Origin: Trichomonas gallinae
Lineage: Eukaryota
Length of the DNA stretch: 49,547 bases
Direction of reading: 5' to 3'
Assembly (NCBI GenBank): GCA_008369845.1
Contig: MRSU01011059.1
Coordinates: 1-49,547 of the forward strand
Shown here: one piece after another, positions 30,657 through 41,500 of the stretch
How the letters are laid out: every line of letters begins with the position of its first letter
Numbering within the stretch: the stretch's first letter is position 1
The notes under the pieces: generated by a model
What the model saw: the letters and a program-made list of their open reading frames with translations, nothing else
Database searches by the model: none
Told to the model about the DNA's origin: nothing
Position numbers and translations under genes: made by a program

Positions 30657-33600
30657 ATGAATGAAGAAAACCAACAGGAAATAGATGTCACTTATTCAAG
30701 TTTCAGGGCAGATTACACAGGAATACTTGATATATCACCTAGTGAACGCCTGAAAGAATGGTTGTTTCAATATTACGCGAGAATACATACAGACACAAAG
30801 CCTCAGTATGTTTTATCCATCATTTGCGGTGTATTCATATGTATACAAGCAATATCACCAGCTATTATGACACAAGCATTAATTCAACAAAATTCCTCTG
30901 TCATTGCCAAGACAATCCACTTTTTATCTGTTTTATGGATAGGTGGAGGCCAATTAATGAACAATGGATACGAAATTACATCAATTATTGTATCAACAAT
31001 CGTCTTGTTAATTTTAATATTAATAACGTTCAGAGCTTTCGTTTTTTCAAAGATTAAATCAATGAAAAACATAGAGGTATCACTGATATACGGCACATCT
31101 ACGTTTATTTTACCTATTCTTATGAGTTTTTCTGCGAATTCCATTGGAATCTCTTTGAACATGATATTTAGAGGCAATGTTGATGGTTTACGTATAATAT
31201 CTTTATTTACGTCACTATTTGCATGCGTTTTTCAATGCTATTTTCACTACACATTTGTTACACCTCGAGTCATGTTTATTCGCGACATTACACTGATGTG
31301 GACACCAGAAAGTGCTGTTCTCATTCCAATAACAACATCCGTTAATGCTGCCTTATACACTGCCTCAATAACCAATACAGGAATTCCAGCAACTGTTGAG
31401 TTAATCGTCATGTCAATTTTCTCCATTTCCGTTGCTTCCTATCTATTCCTCGATAGCATGTTCATTAACAAGACGATGGGACACATGTATTCAGCGTTAC
31501 TAATAACGAATGGAACAGGCACAATCATCAATATTGTCGCACTTTACGTTAAAATCGAATACACGATCATTTTCTTCACGATTATTATCTTCATCATCTT
31601 GAGTTATCTTATCTTCCACTACATATGGAGCAGACTCAGCCAGATTTCAATGATAACACTAGATGCGGCTTCACAAGATGAGTTCTTCTATGGAAGAAGC
31701 GACAATTTGGCTCGCGATGTAAGGAGGTCGTTAGACTTTTGTTCACCAGGCATCTTCATGTTCTCACTTTACGATGAGTTCTTGGAAGATGACTTAAAGA
31801 ATTGTCCGGCAATGCTTTATGTGTATATTAGAATCATTTCTGCTTTTCCATCATACAAATACAAACTCGAAGAAGTCAACAAGAAATTGAAAGATTCAAA
31901 TATCAGTTGCAGGAGACAAATGAACTTCCAGATCAACTTGCTGATGTGCCACAGAAACACGGCTGCAACACATGATATCATAAAAATCTTCGATAAGATT
32001 AACAGCCAATGCACTGTGATTTCCATGAATAAAAGAAGATTTTGGGAAGGAATTTTGCATTCTAATACTGATACGTTTTGGTCAAACATTGACAAACTCA
32101 ATCAGTTGATAGCTGAACTCAACAAAGATCTAAATCAAACAGTAGGCGACTATGAAAATTGCCCTGAAGTTGTTTCATTGTGCTTGAAGAATCATTTTTC
32201 TACAACATTTAATTTCACTGAATCAAGAAGATTATTAAGGGATCTTGATTTACTTGAAAGAGGAATTCCTGCCCATAAAGACAAAGCATTGATAAATATG
32301 ATAACACAATTCCCGAAAATAACAAATTCAATTTCAGATTTAACAAGAGAAATTGATATCGTTGGAAATTCTTTGGATCATGATTTTAACACAGAAGATC
32401 TATCGAAACAGCAAATCATCTATGATTTGATCAAAAATGCAAAAGTCGGCAAAGTTGGTTTCAAATTAGCCTACTTCGTCATTATGGCATTTCTGACTAT
32501 CTTTGGATACATAATTTTCATTTATATATACAAAATGAACTTTTTCGATGAAGTCTCAGACACATACGATTTTCTGTATGATTTCAGTACAATGATGCAT
32601 TGCTATTCAAGATATTTCTTCACAAAAGTTTTACAATTTGCAATAAAACAAGAAGATTCTCCATTTCAAAATGATGATGCAATGATGCGTACAATTTCTC
32701 CATTTTGGTGGGACAAAGGTTATGTTCAAAGGCTTGATCCTTCAGATCAACTAATTATGAATATTAGTAATAAGATAAGAGCAAATTTGGAAAACGTGAT
32801 GATAGCAATAGGAAATCTTAATCAAAAGAGACCTTCTGTAGCCGAATTCATTGATTCATTTAATAATTACAAATTACCTGGATTCGACCAGACCTTTAGT
32901 GATGCTTTAACAAGCACATTGATGATTGAAAATTTTGATGAAAGATTTTTCAACGAAATCAATGAAGTTTATCAACAGGCGAGATTTTTGATGACAAATA
33001 TCGCGGAAGAAATCTCTTTTGAAGATGCAATTGAAGAAAATCTTCATTACTTATCATTGACTTTGTTTTTCACGTTATTTTTCTATTGTTCTCCAATGAT
33101 TCTAACTTTCTTTGAGTTTACGATACAAATGAATGAAATCGCTACTTGTTATGCATCCCTTCCAACACAAGAAATCAGAAGAATCTTAAAATCAAATGAA
33201 ATGAAAGATGAAGATGCTAACCTGGCATTAATATCATCAGCAAGTGTCAACAACTTGAAATATCCTTTGTTGATTGGTTCGTTGCTATGCATTGCCCCTC
33301 CAATTATTTTATCGTACTCATTTGTTTTTTATGCAAGAGATCTCGTCCTACGAGCTGATACAGATGCAAAAAGTGCAGCAACAATGAAAACACCAATGAG
33401 TGATTTAAGGATGTCATTCATCGCAACAATTCTTGCATTTATCAATGCTTATCCAGATTCAAGTTATTCTGAAAACAAGGAATTTGTTCATAAAATGATT
33501 GAATATCGAGATAATCTATCTGCTTTATCAGAATATGATAATAGTCAGCAAATAGTTCTTAACAGATTCCAACTTGGCGCATGGATCGATATAGAAGATA

Positions 33601-35087
33601 ACTACAGAAATCAATGGCCACCTTATGAAGATTCTTATGATACAATTCCAACGGCAATTGCAAATTGGGAAAGATTATCTTCTTATAAGTATATGATGAT
33701 GGTTGATTGCTTTACTTACCTAGCAAAACTCAATTTACCAAATCAAACAAATTCAATTCCAAATGTAAATTCAAATGCATACTTCTTATGGTGGGTTTAC
33801 GACTTTGTTGAGAAATATTATTACTCGACACTTAAAACGCAAACAACAAAGGATATTATAGATGCTAATAGGTTGATTCCTCTTTTTGTTGCACTTGATG
33901 TAATAACAACAATTGCATCACTAATTTTTATCATAATACAAATAGTTTTCTATGCTAATCATATCAACATTGCAATGAAAATGCTGCAAATGGTAGATCT
34001 CGAAGTATTGATGTCTGATGATCAATTGTTTAAACTAATTCAAACAGGTAGGTCTTACGCAATCAATAAAGATTCAACATTTGCATATTCAGAAGGTTCA
34101 TTCCTCAAGAATACGGAAACTGGTATAGCAATAATCAACCCAGATTATTCAATAACGGAATATAATAAAGCATTCAACAAAATGCTTCCTGATATCACAG
34201 ATGTCAAACAGTTTGATAATAATGAGCTCAGCATGTGGCTTTTTAATCTTTATGAAAAGAAAGCTGATGTTAGTTTCAGCTGCGATATACATATCAAAAC
34301 AAGCAACGATGGGGATTTTAATGGATTTGCAGAATGTTTCGCATTATATGATTCAAGGGTATTACTTCCGAACGAGGATGTTGAAATTACTTCAGTTGCA
34401 TTAGTTATCAATGATGTTTCAAAATTTAAGACAAAAGAAAACCAAATAGTTGCTAAGCACAAATTCATAACACAAATGCTTTTAAGTGTGATACCTAATG
34501 ATATATTGAGCAATCTTCAAAATGGTGATGATTCCATTTCATTTACTGTTCATTCTATAACAGTTGGTAACATAAACATCGTGATCAATGAAGATATTTA
34601 TGCTCAAACTAAATTCAATATATATTCTCAGATTTACAAATTCTTTGAAGAAACAATGCATCAATACTCGAACATCATAAAATTAAACGCATTTGGAAAT
34701 TGTTATTTGTTTGCTACGGGAATATTTATGTCAATCAACAAACCAGAGAAACATGCTGAAGATTCTGTGAGATTTATCATGGATATTATAAAGTCACTTG
34801 ATCAAATTCATGAAAAGGTTAAACATGATTTCAGTGTTAGAATTGGATTACACACAGGAGGACCAATCATAGCTGGAGTTATAAGTTATGAAATTCCAAC
34901 ACTCACAATTATCGGTTCAGTTGAAAAATATTCAACAACACTAATGAGATGTTGCGATGATAATAAAATTCGAATCAGTAGATCTGTTTATGAACTTATT
35001 TTCAGTATGGGACTTAAAATTGCTGAAAGTGAACCCCTCAAAATTGATACCGAAACTGTTCAATCATATACAATTGATCCTAAATAA
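30657..35087 (+). CDS. Multi-pass transmembrane class III nucleotide cyclase homolog, predicted catalytically inactive
   Basis: Many TM helices, degenerate PAS-like region, C-terminal cyclase fold (VRIGLHTGGPIIAGVI, IRISRSVYELI) with catalytic residues substituted (INIV, KLNAFGN, LTIIGSVEKYSTTL). Confidence 0.88.
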   Translation: MNEENQQEIDVTYSSFRADYTGILDISPSERLKEWLFQYYARIHTDTKPQYVLSIICGVFICIQAISPAIMTQALIQQNSSVIAKTIHFLSVLWIGGGQLMNNGYEITSIIVSTIVLLILILITFRAFVFSKIKSMKNIEVSLIYGTSTFILPILMSFSANSIGISLNMIFRGNVDGLRIISLFTSLFACVFQCYFHYTFVTPRVMFIRDITLMWTPESAVLIPITTSVNAALYTASITNTGIPATVELIVMSIFSISVASYLFLDSMFINKTMGHMYSALLITNGTGTIINIVALYVKIEYTIIFFTIIIFIILSYLIFHYIWSRLSQISMITLDAASQDEFFYGRSDNLARDVRRSLDFCSPGIFMFSLYDEFLEDDLKNCPAMLYVYIRIISAFPSYKYKLEEVNKKLKDSNISCRRQMNFQINLLMCHRNTAATHDIIKIFDKINSQCTVISMNKRRFWEGILHSNTDTFWSNIDKLNQLIAELNKDLNQTVGDYENCPEVVSLCLKNHFSTTFNFTESRRLLRDLDLLERGIPAHKDKALINMITQFPKITNSISDLTREIDIVGNSLDHDFNTEDLSKQQIIYDLIKNAKVGKVGFKLAYFVIMAFLTIFGYIIFIYIYKMNFFDEVSDTYDFLYDFSTMMHCYSRYFFTKVLQFAIKQEDSPFQNDDAMMRTISPFWWDKGYVQRLDPSDQLIMNISNKIRANLENVMIAIGNLNQKRPSVAEFIDSFNNYKLPGFDQTFSDALTSTLMIENFDERFFNEINEVYQQARFLMTNIAEEISFEDAIEENLHYLSLTLFFTLFFYCSPMILTFFEFTIQMNEIATCYASLPTQEIRRILKSNEMKDEDANLALISSASVNNLKYPLLIGSLLCIAPPIILSYSFVFYARDLVLRADTDAKSAATMKTPMSDLRMSFIATILAFINAYPDSSYSENKEFVHKMIEYRDNLSALSEYDNSQQIVLNRFQLGAWIDIEDNYRNQWPPYEDSYDTIPTAIANWERLSSYKYMMMVDCFTYLAKLNLPNQTNSIPNVNSNAYFLWWVYDFVEKYYYSTLKTQTTKDIIDANRLIPLFVALDVITTIASLIFIIIQIVFYANHINIAMKMLQMVDLEVLMSDDQLFKLIQTGRSYAINKDSTFAYSEGSFLKNTETGIAIINPDYSITEYNKAFNKMLPDITDVKQFDNNELSMWLFNLYEKKADVSFSCDIHIKTSNDGDFNGFAECFALYDSRVLLPNEDVEITSVALVINDVSKFKTKENQIVAKHKFITQMLLSVIPNDILSNLQNGDDSISFTVHSITVGNINIVINEDIYAQTKFNIYSQIYKFFEETMHQYSNIIKLNAFGNCYLFATGIFMSINKPEKHAEDSVRFIMDIIKSLDQIHEKVKHDFSVRIGLHTGGPIIAGVISYEIPTLTIIGSVEKYSTTLMRCCDDNKIRISRSVYELIFSMGLKIAESEPLKIDTETVQSYTIDPK

Positions 35088-35166
35088 ATATAATGTTTTT
35101 TTTAATTCAAAAAGTAAATCAAACTTTTAGATCATCATCAGTGTTGTAATACGGATTCTGAAACAT

Positions 35167-37134
35167 TCATGTTTCATCAGCATTTTCTAAATCTGGCGAA
35201 GAGAAGTTTTCTCCTCCTCTCATATAAAAAATGATGACAGCTACAATAATAACAACAATAGCAATGATAATAAGAGTTGTTAATATGCCACTAACTAGAA
35301 TGATAATGCCTGATTTTCGTTCCATTCCGAACAGGCCTTTCTGAATATGTGCATTATTAAAAAAATTATTTGTAGTTGGCTTTTGTGATGGCGCAGGAGT
35401 GCTAGTTGGCTGTGGCGTAGTTGCAGGAGTTATTGATGGGCTCTCAACAGGTGTTTTTTGTGGCGTTGTTGATGGGGTTTCCACAGGAGATTTTTGTGGC
35501 GTTATAGATGGGGTTTCCACAGGAGATTCCCTTGGAGTTATTGATGGTGTAGTTTGTGGTGTTGGGTGTGGAGATGCTGTTGGGAGTGGAGTTGGTGCAG
35601 GTGTACTTAATGGATCTTCTGTAAAATAACTTTCATGAATCTTAACAGTTTTACAGAAAAGGACTGGATCTGGACAAAAATAATCAACATTATTCGTATT
35701 ATATCGTTTTGTAAATTGTTGACCTTTCCTTGTACATGTGAATGATCCTGTGCTTTTTCCAGTAGAGTCATCAAGATAATGAAAGACAAAGCTTTGATTA
35801 TCATTTGCACATTCATATTTACTACATGGAATGTCAGAATTTGTTGCATCTATGTGTGCATAACCATCTTCACATTGCAATTTAGGAACCTTCAGTCTCA
35901 TAAAATCAGCTCTTATGTTATGACCAATAATTTCTAAATTGTAAGGATTGTAAAATTTCTTGTGTCTATTATAGTCTTCAAGAATCCCAGCACCATAATA
36001 TTGTAAGTTACTAACATGATTTTGCGAAAAACATTTGACATAGTACTTGAAATTGTGCCCTACTCGACCTTCATAATCTAAATCTTGATCTGGAAAAACT
36101 TCATAATATGGATATGTTGATATATTAGGTATGTATCCAAATATTTCTGGATTGAGCCATGTCGATGGTCTTAATTTGGTCCAATTAACTCTAAATTTTC
36201 CTGAATCTTGCATTATTGCCATTGTTGCATCAGATAATCTCGGCAAAGCAGAACCTCCTGTAGCTGCAAATATAATGCCATCTGGGGTATAATCTTCAAA
36301 AAACATTCTTTCTGATAATTTGGAAGGTTTTGGATTATTAGGATCATCTTTTAGGAGCATTCCTGATTTACAATGAGATCCATCATCACCATAAAATGTT
36401 TCAACACCATAATGCCTCTTTGCATATTCATGAGCATAGGGCGTTACAAGGAATGTTTGTTCTAGTCCTTTCACAGTCAATTTGCATATTGGATTTGAAT
36501 AAGGAGTATCTGAGTCAGCGGGATGAAATGTATCATAAGTACCGATTATTATATCTCGGAAAAATCTTGAGAATTCATAGAACCTGTCAATGCGTGAAGA
36601 GTTGAAATTTGAAGCATGGTCCCAATCAGATGGCTTTAAGATAAAACCTACAAAATTGGACGTAAAAAAAATGTTTGATACAGATCCTTCATAGTTGGGA
36701 ACAAGTATCAATTGAATGTCACTATGATTCAAATCAATATAATGATTGATACCCAAATTATGCAGAGATGTTGGTACATAAACTAATTGTTTCTGTATTA
36801 ATAGGATATCACTCCAATAATTTGCAATATTTTGAAAAGTTTCAATAGCATTTTGTTTTTGTTGTTCTGTCCATACATATTCTTGTTTGCACGTCACTAA
36901 ACCTTTTATTAAATTTATTTGTTGACCTACTTTAGTACAGAAAGTACTGTTGGGATTTTGTGGATCAAAAAGTTTATAATCAAGATCGATTTTAATTCGT
37001 CTCCATTCAAAGATATCTACATCCTCTTCATCATCATCCCTTAGTTTCCTTTTCTTATATTCTAGTCTTATAGCTTTCTGATGTCCTTCATTAGAAACCA
37101 AAGATGAAACAACGTAAATCAGAGAAAACATCAT
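35167..37134 (-). CDS. GP63/leishmanolysin-like (M8) type I surface protein lacking zinc-binding motifs
   Basis: Signal peptide, [50 protein letters not shown]; Pro/Thr stalk, TM helix and short acidic tail; no HEXXH. Confidence 0.85.
   Translation of the reverse strand: MMFSLIYVVSSLVSNEGHQKAIRLEYKKRKLRDDDEEDVDIFEWRRIKIDLDYKLFDPQNPNSTFCTKVGQQINLIKGLVTCKQEYVWTEQQKQNAIETFQNIANYWSDILLIQKQLVYVPTSLHNLGINHYIDLNHSDIQLILVPNYEGSVSNIFFTSNFVGFILKPSDWDHASNFNSSRIDRFYEFSRFFRDIIIGTYDTFHPADSDTPYSNPICKLTVKGLEQTFLVTPYAHEYAKRHYGVETFYGDDGSHCKSGMLLKDDPNNPKPSKLSERMFFEDYTPDGIIFAATGGSALPRLSDATMAIMQDSGKFRVNWTKLRPSTWLNPEIFGYIPNISTYPYYEVFPDQDLDYEGRVGHNFKYYVKCFSQNHVSNLQYYGAGILEDYNRHKKFYNPYNLEIIGHNIRADFMRLKVPKLQCEDGYAHIDATNSDIPCSKYECANDNQSFVFHYLDDSTGKSTGSFTCTRKGQQFTKRYNTNNVDYFCPDPVLFCKTVKIHESYFTEDPLSTPAPTPLPTASPHPTPQTTPSITPRESPVETPSITPQKSPVETPSTTPQKTPVESPSITPATTPQPTSTPAPSQKPTTNNFFNNAHIQKGLFGMERKSGIIILVSGILTTLIIIAIVVIIVAVIIFYMRGGENFSSPDLENADET
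35390..35606 (-). repeat. Pro/Thr/Ser-rich coding repeat (xTP units, 12-aa TPxxSPVETPSx period) forming the stalk of the GP63-like protein
   Basis: GATGGGGTTTCCACAGGAGATT recurs at 36-bp spacing; protein [36 protein letters not shown]. Confidence 0.85.
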
Positions 37135-38517
37135 CAAATTGATATTTTTAATAAAAAAATACATTTTAACTAATAAAACATAACTATTGTTATTTATTAA
37201 ATATAAACTGTTTTAATATTTTTCATTCACCATTCAAAATTAGATATTTTCAATTGAGATAAATTCTTTAGAATTAAGCTAAACTTTATTTCCCCAAATG
37301 ATTAATTAAAGCATAGGAAATTGAATATATCCAATATGAATCATTCCTCATAACTTAGTCATTTTTGAATGATTAAAAAAATGGTAGTTTATACTTCTAT
37401 GTTGGTGAAAAATTTGCCATGATTAAATTTATTTGAAAATTATTTTCATTATTTTTATCATTAATCGATTATTTGCTGTGATTTGTTTTTCAATCTGATA
37501 TTTATATTTGCGATTCGTAAAAATTATTTTACAATTTTGTGAATGATATATAATAAATCTGGGAGTGTAAAGCGATTTTTTACAATTAATCCACAATTTA
37601 TGCCATTTTAGATTTTTGAGACGAAAAAATGTCTGATTGGTTATTAATTATATTCTGTGATTTTATTATCAATATTTTTAAAATTAAATTGCGAATTTGA
37701 AAAATGAATCAGATTAATAATGATAGACATAAACTAGAACATTAGATATCAACTATTTAACGAATATGCATGAAATTTTCCCATATACCATACATTCATG
37801 AATATCAAACAGGCGTAAAATTGAACTCTTTGCTAATATATTAGATATAAATATAATTATTAATTATACCCATCATTAATTTTGGTGTCAAAAATTGAGG
37901 TCTAACTAGCACGATATTAGATAATATTGCTATACAACCATTCTCAGATACATTTTATGATATTTAATATTATTTTCAGAGTAGCAGATTTAAGTAAAAG
38001 GTCCAAAAAAAAACGATAGAAATCACTTTAAAATCATATCGGTCCTACAAATAAAGGCTTTACGGAGTACATAAAAGCTCTCAGGCTGCAGTATTGTGGC
38101 GGATATACTCATAACTCCAACATATCTAGCTGCACAATTCATCATGCAATTAAATACTCGGATTTTAATTCGATTTCCTTTATTTGATTATCATGAATCA
38201 AAAATTCTTTGAATATAAATAAAAAATATACTCAACTTTTTGAGCTTCAATTTTGAATCATTTTAAGAATCTTTTATTCATGATATAATTATAACCGTTT
38301 CAATTCAAAATTGAATGTTCAAGAATATATATATCAAAGAATTTTGAGGTTCAGAACTATATTTTTTACGAAGTTTAAAATTGCAGTTACATAATATTTG
38401 GAAAATAAATATTAAAACATATTCATTCAACAAAATTTTGTGTTCCTGATAAGCAAACCTGAGTAATAAAATACAACTTACTGGATTATCAAGAAAAACT
38501 AAATTTTTACTCGAAAT

Positions 38518-41500
38518 TTAATGACGCACAAAACTATTTGTTGCACTAAAGAAACTTGGAGTTGGATTGACAAAATAAGTCATTTGCTTTCCTTTGCCTT
38601 TTAAGAACGTTTCACCGCGCTTTTGCACATCGAAATTCATTGACTTTATCAAATCATAAGTAGCTTGACTGATGTGAACATGATTAGGTTCATCAGTACT
38701 TTGCAATCTAGCAGCTACATTAATCGGATCGCCAATAATATCAAAAGCAGGCTTATCTGTGCCAAGAACTCCAGCAATAATTGGTCCTCCACTGTTTACA
38801 CCAATTCTTATTGCTAAAGATGCTTCAAGCGTCACATTGATAGTGTCAAGTTCCGTTAAGGCATCAAGTGCAAGTTGTATTGTTTGTTCAGCATGTTGTT
38901 CAGGGGGAGAATCAGGATTGAACAAACCAGCTGCAGCCATATAAATATCACCTATGAGTTTTATCTTTGTAACCATTGGATATTTTGCTGCAATCTTATC
39001 TATGCCGGCAAAATAAAGTGATAAATTAGACATGATTTCTTGTGGACTCAAGTTTGCAGTGTATTCTGAAAATTTAACAATATCTATGAACATAATTGTT
39101 GCAGAATTTACTGTGAAAGTAATGTCTTTTTCTCCACGATTCAATTGAACAACAATATCACGAGGAAGAATCTGATAGAGCAATTTTTCAGATTTAGTTT
39201 TAGCTTCTTCTGCTTGTGCCATTTGTTTGACTAGTTCTGTTTGATCTCTCAATATTACGACGAAAGAATTGATTTCGCTATTTGATTTCATTCCTATTAT
39301 TGTCACATGGCATGGAACTGCTTTTGCTAAATCTGTAATAGCTGTGAAATCATCTTCGATGTATGTAGATGATTGTCCTGCTTTCATCATATCAATTTTA
39401 CTTTGTATTTTTTCTTCATCTTGAGCTGAAAAGAATGAAGAAACATGTTGGCCTAATATTTGTTCAGGTGTGTAACCTAATAGCATTTGGACCGATTTAT
39501 TGACTGTTTCTACAACACCATAACAACTTGTACAGAAAGTAGCATCATTTGCATTGTGAATGATTGATCCTTCAACTGATAGTTTATCATCAATGTCCAT
39601 ATCTTTTGATTTCAAGAAATGTCTTGCAAATAATTTGTTGTTGATCAATGCCATTGGATGAAATCTTCTTAATACTGATAATGATGCATTGTATGTATTA
39701 ATTCTATTATTATAATAAAATGTCACAACTGCAGCAAATGAAATCATCAAGACAACAACAATTACAGCCATGATTATGATGGATTGACATAAATCAGTGT
39801 ATTCTATTTCAGCTAGAGTTATTAACCGCTTTGTAACATTCATCATTCTCATCCATAAATGTGCATTTACAACATGAATGGAATTAGCCATAATGAATTT
39901 TGATACTGTTTTGTTATCATGTTTAACTTCTTGGGCAAGTGCGTGAACATAGTGACTGTATATATCTATTTGCTGATGAATTGATGTGACTGCATAGAAA
40001 TCATGCGGGTCTCCTATTTTTGGTTTTGTTGGTCCATCAATGATGTTGTATTTATCAAGAATTTCATCGAAGCCTGAGCAAGCAGGGGATTCTTCTGTTC
40101 CCACAGTCAAATTCAAATCAGCTTGAACAAGTTGTTTTGTGATTTCAAGGCTTGCATTAACAAGATCATCAATTGTTCCGTAAACTCTGCTCTCTGGAAT
40201 ATCATGCATTGCGACAGAGAAAATCAGGAAAATCAAGCTCTCTGCTGAAAGACTCAGTCTTAGACAAGCATACTCATTCCAATTATTTAACTTGATGATG
40301 TCTTTGTTCGATTTAACAACTAAAACACATAATGTGAAAGAAACAGCAAAGAATGAAAAAGAAAGGAAGCAAATGATTGTGATAAGAATAGCGGATGTTC
40401 TACTTGTATCATGAACTTCAGGAGCTTTGCTGTCATCATCTGTAGCTTGAATTGTTATCAATTGTTTTGCATCATTTTTAGATTTGGCATCTAAACTGTT
40501 AATTATTTTAATGACCTGTTTGATTGAATAAATTGTCATGATATGGATTACAATAACAGGAATGACGACAGCACAGAATGTTAATACAGGAATAATTATC
40601 GACAAGAAATGGAAAATTTTGAGAAGTTTCTGTGATTTATTTTGTTGATAGTTGCATACATCGGCAAATAGTTTTGTTGCCTCTCTATATAATGTTTTGA
40701 AATTCAGGAAAATTTCACAATAATTTGGCATCTTCATTAAATTGTAGACACTATCCATTCCTGCAAACTCTCTTTGATGAGATAGAGTCATTGATATTAT
40801 TGAAGACATTGAACCTTGGTATAATTTTGACGGTCCTGAAGGAAGTCCGCATACGACAATAGACTTTGTTGGTTCGAGCAAAGAACTCGCCCATGATCTA
40901 ACGTCTTCTCCTTCCAATGCTAAATCGGCAATGTTTTCAATTAGTTCTTGGAATTTTGTAGATGCATTATTTGTGAACAAAATCATTTCTCTCAACATGT
41001 TGTCCAAAACGTTGATGTAAACAGGATCTGTTGATCTCATTAATGATCTCATTTCATCAATATATTTTTGCAATTCATCATGTTCTTCGCAGTATCTTAA
41101 GATTAAGTCTACGTCACTTAAAGCTATGTAAAATCTTGTCTGAGAAATACAATCTAATCTTGTCATCGAAGAAGTTTGTCCAGAAAGTACCCAAATTGAA
41201 AATGAAAATCCTGAAGCGAAAATCATAAGAACAAATATTAAAATTGCAATGGCAGTAGGAACAATAAGATTGATTGATTTTGGTATTTTTGTTTCCAGAG
41301 CTCTTTGCAATGCAAGTCTTGTTTTTGAATCAGTTAATGTTTGTTTTCCAATATATTCTTCAACATCGTTGTCTAATTCATCATCAATTCCACAAGCTTC
41401 ATTCGATGATTGACTTGCATTGTTGTTTGATGAAACAGAACCAGATGTTTTGTTTTGCTGTTTCTTGTAAGTTGCAATGGCACCATTGAAATCGACAATT

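Noticed and set aside
36410..36440. AHEYAKRH as a replacement HEXXH zinc motif
   Set aside because: Reads HEYAK, not HEXXH, and corresponds to the downstream structural TP.A...A..HF/Y segment of GP63
38030..38190. Short GC-elevated open frames between GP63-like and cyclase genes
   Set aside because: Open on both strands but with no recognisable homology or convincing start context
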